Assembly (NCBI RefSeq): GCF_006345805.1
Contig: NC_042998.1
Location: 2,356,001-2,420,000 of the forward strand
Source of the DNA: Octopus sinensis
Lineage: Eukaryota
Length of the DNA stretch: 64,000 nucleotides
Direction of reading: 5' to 3'
Part shown: positions 24,471 through 38,189 of the stretch, piece after piece
How the letters are laid out: every line of letters begins with the position of its first letter
Numbering within the stretch: position 1 is the stretch's first letter
The notes under the pieces: generated by a model
What the model was told of the DNA's origin: nothing
Seen by the model: only the letters and a program-made list of their open reading frames with translations
The model's database searches: none
Made by a program: the position numbers and the translations under genes

Positions 24471-25082
24471 AGTGATATATTTCTGATCCTTGACTAATTT
24501 TAAACCGTTATTAAAAATCATTTATTGTTAGTTAAAATGTTCAAGGTGAATTGGTTGCACAATCGATAGCAAAAAGAACAACACCCACCACCTTTTTAAA
24601 AACAAAAATTATTTTATCTTACTATCAAGGAGCTGATTAATCAAAATAAACTAACTCTAATCAGGTAAAGAAAGCAAAAGCGCGCATTATACATAGATAC
24701 ATACATGTACGTTAAAGATTGTACAAAATAACAAAGGTTAGTTGATAGGCAAACAAACATTCCTGTTGGCAATGGAGGGTTTTGATTGGCTAAAATTACA
24801 TGACTTTAACTGTTTCTAACTTTCTTTATTATGGCAGTGGGGTAGGGACTGAATGCAGTTTTCTTCATTAGAATGCAAAACTACATCAGGGCTACATTTT
24901 TTGAAAACTGATGAAAATTTGAAAGACTTCAAGTAGTTAGAAGAAACTTAACAAGACCCAATCTTTGCTGCCAATTACCATTTGGACAACAATGTCTTGT
25001 CTATCTTGTCTACGCAATTTTGTTGACTGCTATTTACTTCAACTTCTTTGATCTCACACCTACCCAGGCTACCTACCTAGTG

Positions 25083-25315
25083 TTTATTTCTTTACTGCCC
25101 ACACAAGGGGCTAAACATAGAGAGGACAAACAAGGACAGACAAAGGGATTAAGTCGATTACATCAACCCCAGTGCGTGACTGGTACTTAATTTATCGACC
25201 CCGAAAGGATGAAAGGCAAGGTCGACCTCGGCGGAATTTGAACTCAGGACGTAGCAGCAGACGAAATACCGCTAAGCATTTTGCCTGGCGTGCCAACGCT
25301 TCTGCCAGCTCACTG
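25083..25315 (-). mobile_element. SINE family B
   Basis: Reverse match to the trimer unit plus head. Confidence 0.85.
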
Positions 25316-25768
25316 CAGAAACCGAATGCTTCTGGTTCTCCTCTTTCCAACACTGCTAAGATTTTGTATCTAGCAATTTATTCAACCAGTATCCACCCAT
25401 CCATCATTTACTAAGTTTTAATTCATCCAGAGCTCCCTTGCTGTTTATTCTCTTAATCATTAAGATTTAATATTAAACATACTGAAGTGACAAGTGAACA
25501 GAATCATTAGCATACTGGACTGTCTTAACATTCTGAGTTCAAATTCCACTGAGGTCATCTTTGTCTTTCATCCTTTCATGGTCAATAAAATAAGCACCAA
25601 GTTGAGCATTGGGGTGGGGGGTCAATATAATCAACTTGGGCCCTCCTCCAAAATTGCTGGCTTTTTGCCAAAATTTGAAACCAATGTTAATCATGCTTAT
25701 CCCATTCCATTCATTTACAACATCCAATCTAGAAAGACTCTAAAGGAGCATAATTATTTTATCACCTC

Positions 25769-25769
<1 letters not shown>

Positions 25770-25800
<31 letters not shown>

Positions 25801-26205
25801 TTAACGTCCGTTTTCCGCGCTAGCACGGGTTGGACGGTTCGACTGGGGTCTGGGGAGCCAGGGGCTGCTCCAGGCTCCAGTCTGATCTGGCAGTGTTTCT
25901 ACAGATGCCCTTCCTAACGCCAACCACTCCGCGAGTGTAGTGGGTGCTTTTTACGTGCCACCTGCACCGGTGCCAGAGGGGTCTGGCATCGGCCACGATC
26001 GGTTGGTGCTTTTTTTGTGTCACCGGCACAGAAGCCAGTCCAGGCGGTGCTGGCATCAGCCACGTTCGGATGGTGCTTTTTATGTGTCACCGGCACAGAA
26101 GCCAGTCGGGGCGGTGCTGACATCGGCCACGTTCGGATGGTGCTTTTTATGTGCCACCGGCACAGAAGCCATTCGAGGCAGGGTTGGCATCGGTCTTCAG
26201 ACTGA
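25770..26205 (-). mobile_element. RTE 3' UTR fragment with ~59-bp tandem repeats
   Basis: (CAT)n, TTTAACGTCCG..., four GGTGCTTTTT..GTG.CACCGGCAC-type units. Confidence 0.85.
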
Positions 26206-26221
26206 TAAATAAAAATATAAA

Positions 26222-26610
26222 TGTTAAACAGCTTGCTTACGAACCACATGGTTTCAGGTTCAGTCCCACTGCGTAGCACCTTGGGTAAGTGTCTTCTACT
26301 ATAGCCTCGGGCCGATCAAAGCCTTGTGAGTGGATTTGGTAGACGGAAACTGAAAGAAGCCCGTCGTATATGTGTATATATATATAAATATGTATGTGTG
26401 TGTATGTTTGTGTGTCTGTGTTTGTCCCCCCATCGCTTGACAACCGATGCTGGTGTGTTTACGTCCCTGTAAGTTAGCGGTTCAGCAAAAAAGAGACCGA
26501 TAAAATTAGTACTAGGCTTACAAAGAATAAGTCCTGGGGTCGATTTGATCGACTAAAGGCGGTGCTCCAGCATGGCCACAGTCACATGACTGAAACAAGT
26601 AAATGAGAGT
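26222..26610 (+). mobile_element. SINE family A (5'-truncated)
   Basis: Body and tail match. Confidence 0.85.
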
Positions 26611-26961
26611 ATCCAAATGCACAGTATTAGAGAGCAATTAAGCATCAATGACTATTGAATGTGTTTACAATATAATGACTGTTACCTAAATCTGCATTCT
26701 ATATTATCTCAGCATTGAACTAGAATTTGCATCAATGGTATCTCTACATGGTTGCTTGATTGCTAGAAATAGCAGCCTAATGCCCTTCAAACCATAGTTT
26801 CCATCTACCAAATTCATACACAAAGTATTGGTGAGCAATTTTAGGAGATTCTTGTTCAAGTTGCTGTGCAGTGGGACTGAATATAAAAGTATGCAGTTGC
26901 AAAGGGAGCTTCTTAATCACCCAGCTATGCCTGCAGCTTTCTCTCTCCTCTTTCTCAGTGT

Positions 26962-27027
<66 letters not shown>

Positions 27028-27029
27028 TC

Positions 27030-27348
27030 ACGACACAGGCCATGGGATTGCACCTAGAAAGTTAACCTCCCAGGTACAAGTCCAGGCTAGGTTGTTTATG
27101 GAAGACCAGCAGTCGCCCATGCATACCGGCCTCCCCTCTCAACACCACCAGTGTTATCCAAGGGAAAGGCAAAGGGGCCGATACAGCTTGGCACCTGTGA
27201 CGTCACAACTCATTTCTATAGCTGAGTGAACTGGAGCAACGTGAAATGAAGAGTCTTGCTCAAGAACACAACATGCAGCCCGGACCAGGATTCGAGCTCA
27301 CAACCTCACGATCGTAAGCTCGATGTTCTAACCACTGAGCCATGCGTC

Positions 27349-27350
<2 letters not shown>
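27030..27350 (-). mobile_element. SINE family C head with tail type 2 (second copy at 46750-47085)
   Basis: Head GGCTCAGTGGTTAGAAC...GCTCGAATCC, GCTCCAGTTCACTCAGCT core, tail ...CTAGGTGCAATCCCATGG. Confidence 0.8.
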
Positions 27351-27394
<44 letters not shown>

Positions 27395-28520
27395 CACACA
27401 CATTTATATATATAGGACATTTAGTGTTGCTATTAATGTTGGTCAACTTAAGCATTTTACTAATCCGACTGAATTCGCCAATTAGCGTTGCATTCAATAT
27501 GACAGGTGAAACAAAGCTATTCAGATTTAGATATTCAGCTTTATAAATGGAAACCTTGAAAATATCTCTTATTTCTTTACAGTAGTATTAATATTCTCTA
27601 TCTAGCTTCTTTCTTTCCTTCTCCCTCTCTTTTTATTTTGTTCTATTCTTTCTCTTTCTTCCTCCTACTCATGTGCAAATGAGATTTGCATTTTTATCTG
27701 AGATAATCCAAGAAAATAGGATTTCCAAGATCCTGGTTTTCTGCTTCCAATATTTAATCCAATATAGAATGTAACAGATATTTACATGCAAACAGGTGCT
27801 GCCATATCTGGTTAAGAAATCTGTTTCACATCCACATTGTTCTAGGTTCAGTCCCACCATGCAGCACTTTTGGCAAATGTCTTCTAACCATATACTCTGG
27901 ATAAACAATATTTTGCGTATGAGTGGAATTCATTAGACGGGGCTACGCAAAAGACATACAAAGTGGAAGTCAGCTTGTAACCAAGTAAGACCACTTCTTA
28001 AACTCATTTAATTTTAAGAAATACCAACCATTTCGTTTCCATGCTGCAAATGATGGCTTGTATGACTCGAGGCCTGCAAGGGACTCACAAATCATTTCAC
28101 ATTGATCACAAATTAGTTTTCCTGCAGCAGCCTGACTATCAAGGTTTTGGGATTTAGAGTACTGAGCAAGTTCACTGGATCACCAACACACTTTGTAACA
28201 TATTTTTATTAGTGTTCTCATGGCTTTCACTGCAGTCTTTGCTTGACCATTTGATTGGGAAAAATAATGGACTGAATGTGATATGGTGAAAGTGTCATGC
28301 TTTGGCAAAGCTTTTAAATTCTGCAGAAGATAATCATAATGCTTTATCTGAACTCATGATCACAAAAAAGAAATAAAACAAAGATGTAAACACAAGAACA
28401 AGTATTCATTCTCTTCTTTAATTTTAATTGTTTACTGAACTTTGTTTATGCATGGAAAAGTTTACATGCAAACTATTTTAATGTGAAATACTTTCAGAGG
28501 ATAACATCAATTTAAATACG

Positions 28521-29990
28521 ATGAATCTGAAGCCACCAAAAAGTCTGAGCTTTGAAGGAAATTTAGATGAAAATTATAAGATATGGGAACATCAATATAA
28601 CTTTTATTCACTTGTCACAAGAGTTGTGGAAAAAGACGAAAATGTGCAGGTTGCAACTTATGTCTAAATCACAGGTTCGCAAGCACAACAGGTATTTAAT
28701 TCTTTTTAGTTTGAAAATCTGGACAATAAAGATAATCTTATTGCTGTTAAAATGAAATTTCGAGAGTATTGTAGCCCTAGAAAAAACATCACACATGTCC
28801 ACTATCTATTTTGTTGTAGAAATCAGTTACCATAAGAGAAATATGATTCATTTCTAACTAACATTGAGCTGAGATCTAAAGACTGTGACTGCAGAGATTT
28901 GCAGGATGATTTAATTGGAGACAAGACCAAAGGTGAAATACAAAACAAAGAGTCTCAAGAGATACTGCTTCAGAATGCAAAATGAATATTTAGAGAAGCT
29001 ATAGATAAATGTTGAGCTGTTGAAATAAGTGCTACATAGATAAAAAGCATCACTGAGGATTCTTCTGTCTTGGTAGTGACACAAAACAAGCTTCTGCAGA
29101 TGAGGAAAAATAACTTAAAATTTAAGAGCGTGCTGTACGAAAAAAGAAAAAAAGCCTTAGAGATTACTGTATAAGTTCATGTAGTAAATGTTGTTAGTGG
29201 CTGTGTGTTAAGTAGCTTGCTTACCAACCACATGGTTCCGGGTTCATTCCCTCTGTGTGGCACCTTGGACAAGTGTCTTCTAGTAAAGCCTCAGGCCGAC
29301 CAAAGCCTTGTGAGTGGATTTGGTAGACGGAAACTGAAAGAAGCCCGTCGTACATATGTATATATATCTATGTGCGTGTATATGTTTGTGTGTCTGTGTT
29401 TTTCCCCCCAACCTGTGTTTACGTCCCCGTAACTTAGCGGTTCAGCAAAAGAGACCAATAGAATAAGTACTAGGCTTCCAAAGAATAAATTCTGGGGTCG
29501 ATTTGTTCGACTAAAGGCGGTGCTCCAGCATGGCCGCAGTCAAATGACTGATACAAGTAAAAGAGTAAAGAGTGTCATCTCCCCTAAGCAATTCTCTGCC
29601 AATGGGGAAACGTGTGTAAAGCCATAAGCAAAGTCCTTTTGCCAATCTGTGCCATTCTAAACAACCACAAGGTGTGTCAGAGATAGAAGCACCTGAGATA
29701 ATGATTTGTTTTATCAATATTTATTTTTTGATGGAATCACACTGGAAACGAATGCAATAATACCTGACTGGACACAAGCTATCACAGCAGAAGGTAAACA
29801 AAGCATCACCTTCAAGCTGGACACTACAGCACAAGCAAACATTATTCCAAACAGCACACAACACTCGTTTTACACAAGTAATGGCAACTGAAAAGCTCGT
29901 CAACAAAACCATCCAACGAGGTCAGGTTGAACTTAAAAATGCTCAATCAACAATAAAGTTACGAAACTTAGGTTTGAAGTTGTCAACTAA
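28521..29990 (+). mobile_element. Ty3/Gypsy-like gag-protease remnant, interrupted by a SINE (29195-29572)
   Basis: MNLKPPKSLSFEGNLDENYKIW...KFREYCSPRKNIT (gag-like, with stops and frameshifts). FKLDTTAQANIIP at 29811-29849 is an aspartic protease LDTGA motif with G>T. Confidence 0.8.
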
Positions 29991-30009
29991 TTCAATACAT
30001 TACACTACT

Positions 30010-30191
30010 CTCTCTTTCTATCTGTATCTCTCTCTCTCACTTTCTGTCTGTCTGTCTCCTCTCTCTCTCACTTTCTGTCTGTCTCTCTCTCTCTCTCACT
30101 TTCTGTCTGTCTCTCTCTTTCTGTCTTGCTTGTTCTCTCTGTCTCTTTCCCTAGTTTTCTCTCTCACACACATAATGGTGTGTGTGTGTGT

Positions 30192-30267
<76 letters not shown>

Positions 30268-30270
30268 TCA
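30010..30270. repeat. (CT)n/(TG)n/(GA)n compound microsatellite
   Basis: Direct reading. Confidence 0.95.
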
Positions 30271-30755
30271 GTGCTATGATAGTAATATTAATGTTGTTGA
30301 TAATTGGTTATTCAAAAGTTAGTTGATAGGTAGTGGTGGTGGTGGTGGTGGTTATATTGGTTTTGGTGTTGGTGGTGACAGTGATAACAGAGGATATTGC
30401 TGATGGTGGTGGTGGTGGTGGTGGTGTTCATATTGTTCTTGCCAATTGTATTGTTGCTACTATTCAGTCTCAAGCTAATCCTCTTTGATCTCAGATCAAA
30501 GTCGTTTCACTCAACCTTTAAAGCACAACAAGATACCACCATTATCTTATGTCATTGTATTTTTATTTTAAACGAAATTGGTTATCTTGTTGCTGTTATT
30601 GTTAGTCATTATGTAATTGATGAGTTGATCAAGAGCGATCGTTACAAGCCTCATCTGACCAAATATGCCAAAACCTGTCGGTTCAAGGATTGGTTTACGG
30701 AGCCATTTAAGGACTGGTTGCTCTACCTCATGATCTTCGGGCATGAAAAACTGGA

Positions 30756-31140
30756 TGGAAGCACTCCGTCGGTTACGACGATGAGGGTTCCGGTTGATCC
30801 GAATCAATGGAACAGCCTGCTCGTGAAATTAACGTGTAAGTGGCTGAGCACTCCACTGACTCGTGTACCCTTAACGTAGTTCTTGGGGATATTCAGCGTG
30901 ACACAGAGAGTGACAAGGCCGGCCCCTTGAAATACAGGTACAACAGAAACAGGAAGTAAGAGTGAGAGAAAGTTGTGGTGAAAGAGTACAGCAGGGATCA
31001 CCACCACCCCCTGCCGGAGCCTCGTGGAGCTTTTAGGTGTTTTCGCTCAATAAACACTCACAACACCCGGTCTGGGAATCGAAACTGCGATCCTATGACC
31101 GCGAGTTTGCTGCCCTAACCACTGGGCCATTGCGCCTCCA
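30756..31140 (-). mobile_element. Chimeric SINE: family D head/body with the family C type-1 tail
   Basis: Head matches 19350-19659 and 35595-35893. Tail matches 9660-9830 and 19070-19252. Confidence 0.8.
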
Positions 31141-32139
31141 CCATGAAAAACTACCATCACACACACACATGATGACACGTTCTACACAGTTTCTGTCTGG
31201 CAAATTACCTCACAAGGCATTGTTCGGTGCAGGGTTTTGATACAAGACCCTTGCCCAAAGTGCCGCACTGTGACACTGCTGGACATTCAACTCGTTATAT
31301 TTCCTGGTGAATGTGCACAACCTAGGGGTCAGTGTTTCACTCAACATTATAAGTCCTATTTCATGTTGTTCCTGTGTATTCACCCGTAAAATCTAGAAGC
31401 CGGAATCACACACACCATCATCACCATCACCATCACCATCACCATCATCATCATCATCATCATCGCCATCACCATTGCTGTCATCATCACCGTCTTCATC
31501 CATCATTTAATGTCTGTCTTCCATGCCGGCATGGGTCGGACAGTTTGACAGGAGCTGGTAAGCCAGAGGGCTGCACCAGGCCCCACTATCTGCTTTGGCA
31601 TGGATTTTACGATTCGATGCCCTTCCTACAGTTGGGTGCCAACTACTTTACAAAATGGACATGGATGCTCTTTACATGGCACCAACGGTGGCGAGGTCAC
31701 CAAGTAACTTGCATGACTAGGATCCTTTGAGAGCAGGAATGAGGCATTTGATTATCAACAAACTGTACTTCATTCATGTATGCTAAGCATGAAAACCCGC
31801 ATACACACAAAGCATACAGATGATACCGATATATGTTTGTTAACACACCAGCATATGCTTACTAACTTCATACTAAATTATGTATAGTGGCCTATAGGTG
31901 TGTAATTTTTCTTCTGCTGGAATGGGTTGATGCAGTTTAACATGTTCACCATAGAATCTTATTTACATCATGTTTACTGACCAATTTGATGTCAAGATGC
32001 AGGGATGTGCATACATGTCACAAGACACATACTCATGGTGGTATGCATTAGCAGCACACAGACATGCATATACATGTGGATCTGTAGTATTTCTATTTGT
32101 TTCTTTCATAGCAGGTGCTAGTGGTGGTGGTGTGGTTGT

Positions 32140-32720
32140 TACATTTTAACTATATTTTTATTAAGTGATGGTTTCCATTCTTTTGTTAGTATATTCTCCT
32201 GTATCTGTAATAGAGATGCATTATATGGATATGCAAAGATGATCTTTATGCTTATGTTATTCAGCATTTCATTGCATTTATCCTAAGCATGCTGATAGAA
32301 TACTAGTGTAGGTTTCCTATCACTATATTCTTTCCAATGCTTCTCCATTCTTTCAGACAGTCTCCTGGCAGTTTCCCCATTATGTGCCATGGTTAAGTTC
32401 TTACATTTGTTCCCATACATTTCCATTGATAAACTACATTCCTCATTTGCAGTTGATCCAGTTCCTATTGGTGCATGTTGTCCTATCAAAGACATATGTT
32501 CTGTTTATCAGTGACCTAGTGGATTGTCCTAGTTTCTCTACTAGTTTAGCATTACTCACAGTTTTCCTAAACCTGTGGGCTAATTCTCCTTTCAGTGTGA
32601 TGCAATAAACATTACCCAGTGAAACTTGGGTCTATTGTACCATATGTTTGCCTTGTCTACCTTCTTATTTAATCCTTTGTAGCCTATTCCATAGTTTGAA
32701 CAATATCTTGGACAAGTTCC
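32140..32720 (-). mobile_element. Penelope-like element GIY-YIG endonuclease remnant
   Basis: GELAHRFRKTVSNAKLVEKLGQSTRSLINR...GETARRLSERMEKH...HA*DKC...QIQENIL..EWKPSLNK. Matches the PLE pattern YIGET.R.L.ER..EH by eye, with stops and frameshifts. Confidence 0.55.
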
Positions 32721-32881
32721 ATTAGTGAATTAATGAGTTCCATAAAAAAAAATTACATAAGAAAAAACACACAAGATACATGAATTTAGAAATAAGCCTT
32801 CAAATATATGTGTGTTTGTATGTGAGTATGTGGGCCTGTGTTTGTGTATGTTTGTGTATGTGTGTGTATGTATGCATATAT

Positions 32882-32953
<72 letters not shown>

Positions 32954-33484
32954 GGTGCTGTAAATTTTATATATATATATATATGCACACATACCATATG
33001 TTTTTACACACACATGCATGCACACACAGTTACACACACAGGCACGCTCTTCTTGGAATGGTTTCAATAAAAATACTGCAAACAGAGAAGTTCAAACAAA
33101 CACTGTGTTGGTAAATGATGGAAACCATAAGTTGGCTCTTTCAAAAAACACATGAAACTAAAAGACCAGTTGCAACCTTTGGATAATAATTGGTAAGGAT
33201 TTATTATTTGGGGAGAAACAACAAGACTGTTATTTACTTTAGAGACATGTCTTTGTATATCTTTTAGCTTTTGCTTGTTTCAGTCATTGAATGATGGCTG
33301 CACTGGGGCACCGCCTTGAAAAGTTTAGTTGCACAACTCAAAACCAGCACTTATTTTTTTTAAAGCTTGGTATTTTTTTTCTGGTTGGTCTCTTTCTGCT
33401 GAACTGGTAGATTATGGGAAAGTCAACAAACCAACAATGGTTGTGAAGCAGTGGTGGACAAATACAAGCATAAACACACACACA

Positions 33485-33880
33485 CACCACCATCATCATC
33501 ATCATCCTCATCAACATCATCATCATCACCACCACCACCACCACCACCACCACCATCACCACCACCACCACCACTATCATCATCATCATCATCATTTAAT
33601 GTCTGCTCTCCAAGCTGGCATGGGTTAGATGGTTTGAATGGAGCTGATGAGCTGGAGAGCTGCACCAGGTTCCGGTCTGATTTAGCATGGTTTCTACAGC
33701 TGGATGCTCTTCCTAACACCACCCACTCCAGGAGTGTAATAGGTGCTTTTAGGTGCCACCGACATGGGTACCATTTACATGACACTGGCAACAACCTTGA
33801 CTGTGATTCACAGGTGCCATTTACATGGTACTGGCAGTGACCATGGCTATGATACATGAATGCCATTTACATGGTACATA
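33485..33880 (-). mobile_element. RTE 3' end, older, with expanded (CAT/CAC)n tail
   Basis: CATTTAATGTCTGC..GCATGGGTT..GGATGCTCTTCCTAACACC. Confidence 0.75.
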
Positions 33881-33999
33881 TATGTATAGTGGGACCTCAG
33901 TTTATGAATGTCTCTCATTGGGAACAAATCAGTTTATGAACAATGGCTTTAGCCAACCTCAGGCTATTGTAGAAGTCACTTACGCAATGTGCCATACTT

Positions 34000-34222
34000 A
34001 TTTCTTTACTACCCACAAGGGGCTAAACACAGAGGGGACAAACAAGGACAGACAAACGGATTAAGTAGATTACATCGACCCCAGTGCATAACTGGTACTT
34101 AATTTATCGACCCCAAAAGGATGAACGGCAAAGTCGACCTCGGCGGAATTTGAACTCAGAACGTAACAGCAGACGAAATACTGCTAAGCATTTCGCCTGG
34201 CGTCCTAACGTTTCTGCCGGCG
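34000..34222 (-). mobile_element. SINE family B
   Basis: Reverse match. Confidence 0.85.
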
Positions 34223-34479
34223 CGCCGCCTTACCCAATGTGCCATACTATGGGAATAAAAACAAAACCATGTGATTAGGAAGCCAACTTCTTACCACATT
34301 TCTTTTCATTATTATAAACTTATAAATAAATAGGTTTATTAATGAACTTATTTATTAATAGGTTTTATTAAAACCCATTAATAGGTTTATTAAAAGCTAT
34401 TAATAAATAAGTTCTAATAAACCTATTTCTTAAACTACAAAGCATAAAGAACTGTAAATCCTTTGAAGGTTTGTTTCTA

Positions 34480-34902
34480 GCTTTTACTTTCTCTTTTACT
34501 CTTTTACTCTTTTACTTGTTTCAGTCATTTGACTGCGGCCATGCTGGAGCACCGCCTTTAGTCGAGCAAATCGACCCCGGGACTTATTCTTTGTAAGCCC
34601 AGTACTTATTCTATCGGTCTCTTTTGCCGAACCGCTAATTGACGGGGACGTAAACACACCAGCATCGGTTGCCAAGCAATGCTAGGGGGATAAACACAGA
34701 CACAAACATACACACATATATATATATATACATATATACGACAGGCTTCTTTCAGTTTCCGTCTACCAAATCCACTCACAAGGCATTGGTCGGCCCAGGG
34801 CTATAGCAGAAGACACTTGCCCAAGATGCCATGCAGTGGGACTGAACCCGGAACCATGTGGTTGGTTAGCAAGCTACTTACCACACAGCCACTCCTGCGC
34901 CT
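34480..34902 (-). mobile_element. SINE family A, young subfamily
   Basis: Nearly identical to 41303-41711 and 63380-63790. CpGs intact. Confidence 0.92.
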
Positions 34903-35349
34903 ATGTAATTTTGTAAATTTCTTTTTTTTTTTTTTGTGTAATTAATTCTTCTTTGTTAAAATAATACAAAAATGTGTATGTAGACAGCTTGTTTGGTATG
35001 TAGGTAGATGGGGTTGGTAAGTAAGTAGTTTGGTGAGTTGAAATAATTTTAACTCGCTAAGACTTGTTCAGTGTTTGGTGTAATTAAAGTAAACCTTTTG
35101 GTGATAACATTTGTCTGAAAATAGCTAATTTCTAGGATCTGATACAAAGAATTCCACCAAGTAAATATTAATCCATGTGTAAGGAAGATATTCTTACGTG
35201 CATTTGTAGAAGAACACACAAGCATGCATACTCCCACACACATATATGTGCATGTACACATGCAAGCACACATATATGCATACAGGCACTCAGGTATATG
35301 TGAGCATGCATATATATATATATGTAATATATATATATATATATGTGTC

Positions 35350-35414
<65 letters not shown>

Positions 35415-35594
35415 GTGTGTATGTATGTATGCATGTATGTATATATATATATACACACACTCATGCACATACAGATATACATATATATACATATACATAC
35501 ATACATACATTTATATATATATATACACACACACATATATACAAACATACATATATTCATACACACACACATACACTCACGCATATAGATACAA

Positions 35595-35892
35595 CGGCCC
35601 AGTGGTTAGGGCAGCAGACTCACGGTCGTAGGATCACGGTTTCGATTCCCAGACCGTGCGTTGTGAGTGCTTATTGAGCGAAAACACCTAAAATTTCCAC
35701 GACACTTCGGCAGGGGGTGGTGATCTCTGCTGTACTCTTTCACCACTCTTTCTCCCACTCTTTCTTCTGTTGGCCTGCTCGCTTAGCCAGTGGGGTGGCA
35801 TCATTCGAAAGCTAAAACAATGCGAACGCATTGTGACCAGCGATGTGTAACAACATCTGATGGTCTGGTCGGTCATGTGATCACGTGACGTG

Positions 35893-35893
<1 letters not shown>
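35595..35893 (+). mobile_element. SINE family D head with tail type 4
   Basis: GGCCCAGTGGTTAGGGCAGC...GGTTTCGATTCCC head. Tail differs from 19350-19659 and 30756-31140. Confidence 0.75.
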
Positions 35894-35925
<32 letters not shown>

Positions 35926-36125
35926 CACACACACACACATACACATAGATACAAACACTTGCACATATATTTGAACGTGTGTTTATGTCTATACATGTAT
36001 ACATGTGTATGTGTGTTTGTGTGCGTGTATGAATATTCAGGTAAGAAAAGGAATGAAGTATAGATAGAAAAAAAAAAGAGAAAACAGAAGAGAAAGATAT
36101 CTACTATAATTAAATAACATATAAA

Positions 36126-36527
36126 TCTTTATATATAAAAGTGAAGTTGTGTGAGTGTCTGTCTCCTACGATTTAGATTCCTAACTACTCCCACATTCTG
36201 CGGTGCAGTTTAACCAAAACCGGGTATCTTATAGTCGTGATTCATATCGAGCTCTTCTGGGTATTAGCGTGCGTCTATGATGAGTCTACGATTTTAAAAA
36301 AAAATTTACCATCATTTTTTTCCATTTTAATGCATTTTTTCGCTATTATATAAGGGAAGTAACTCTCTAAAAATGTCTACGATGAGTCAACGATTTAAAA
36401 AAAATTTACCATCATTTTTTTTCCATTTTTAATGCATTTTTTTGCTATTTTTTGGCTATAACTCTCTAAAAATGTTTATATAGTTATTTCCCTTACAAAC
36501 CCGAGCAACACCGGGCGATACTGCTAG
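36126..36527 (+). mobile_element. Non-autonomous Helitron (402 bp)
   Basis: Begins A|TCTTTATATATAAAAG, ends with hairpin CCCGAGCAACACCGGG then CTAG|T, no TSD, internal ~100-bp duplication. Confidence 0.85.
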
Positions 36528-36944
36528 TATATGTATAAATAAATAGATATAAAACCACTATCATCTGCTCATATCATTTTCCCAGCCATTTCAGATGGTT
36601 GTATATAAATAGATCCAACTAAAACTGCGTTCATCTGCCTATGCTTACTTAACACTACACAGAACATACAGTAAACATTTGAAGCTAACACCTTTCCCTG
36701 ATTGGTTCTGACAGATCTGCATCTCACATATTTATGTTATCTATTAAACATATCATCAACATCAGTCTTGTTTTTAATATATATGTTAAATAAGTTCAGT
36801 CTTTTGTCAAATAGTACTCTTTTACTTGTTTCAGTCATTGTACTGTGGCTGTACTAGGACACTGCCTTAAAAGTTTTTAGTGAGTCGAATTGATTGTGGT
36901 ACTTTTTGCATTTTTGTTTGAGATCTCCAAATTAAATTGATTCT

Positions 36945-37332
36945 TCCTTTTCTTTTATTCTTTTACTTGTTTCAGTCATTTGACTGGAGCACCACCTTTA
37001 GTCAAGCAAATCGACCCCGGGACTTATTCTTTTGTAAGCCCAGTACTTATTCTATGGTCTCTATTGCCGAACCGCTAAGTGACCGGGACATAAACACACC
37101 AGCATCGGTTGACAAGCAATGCTAGGGGGACAAACACAGACATATACACATACACATATATATATATACATATATACGACAGGCTTCTTTCAGTTTCAGT
37201 CTACCAGATCCACTCACAAGGCATTGGTCAGCCCAGGGCTATAGCAGAAGACACTTGCGCAAGATGCCACACAGTGGGTTTGAACCCGGAACCATGTGGT
37301 TGGTTAGCAAGCTACTTACCACACAGCCACTC
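36945..37332 (-). mobile_element. SINE family A
   Basis: Reverse match. Confidence 0.88.
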
Positions 37333-38189
37333 AATTCATATATTTGTATAAAAGCAAAGAACATGTGTTAGTCAAGCATTTTCTGCTGAATCAAGACTAA
37401 CAAAAACTGTCTGAAATAAAAACCTTATATTTCTTTGTTGAATTCCTTCAAAAATATACATCATTATTTTAACAAAGGCCACGTAGTGAACTGACAGAAT
37501 TCTTTTCTACTTTAGGCACAAGGCACAAATTTTTGTTTTTTTGTGGTAGGGGGGGGGGCAGTCAATTAGATTGACCCCAGGACACAACTGGTACTTAATT
37601 TATCAACCCTGAAAAGATGAAAGGTAAAGTTGACTCTGGTGGCATTTGAACTCAACATAAAGTGAGAAGAAATGGTTGCCTTCAAATAATAAAGAATTCA
37701 CCTCAGAAGTTACTGTAAGATATTCAATTCAGGGTCAGCTTAGACTTGCATAATTACTTTTGGAAAAAATAACATAACACTGAAGACTATGCCTTTAAAT
37801 TATCTTTTGCTCATATTTCCAGAAAGTGAATTCTGTTTATTTAACTTTCATAACTTCTCTTATAAATTAAGTTTTTAGAAATAAAAAAAATTTTCTCCCA
37901 GAAAATGAAGAAAGTATTTTGAGTGAGTAGGTTAAATTGTATCCTATCTAGATTTTAATACTTTAAGATTTTAATGCTTTAAGACCCTGTTTTTTTATGA
38001 AAAGAAAGTTCCATTAGAAAATTCAATATTAGTTGCAACTGCTGGTGCTACTTGGAAGGTCAGAAGGGGTAAATGCCTCGTCACACACCTGAATAAATAT
38101 TATTACAATACGTTACTCTATTCTCAGATAGCAAAAAAAAAAAGTCTCACATTATTAATTTTGAATAGTTATTAAAATTATCAACAAAA

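Noticed and set aside
30397-30879. 160-aa ORF as a membrane protein
   Set aside because: Composite of a (GGT)n repeat, low-complexity sequence and an antisense SINE tail.
35595-35665. tRNA genes suggested by A/B boxes (also at 19590-19655, 27280-27345 and 31070-31140)
   Set aside because: These are SINE heads continuing into SINE bodies. I could not build a complete cloverleaf.
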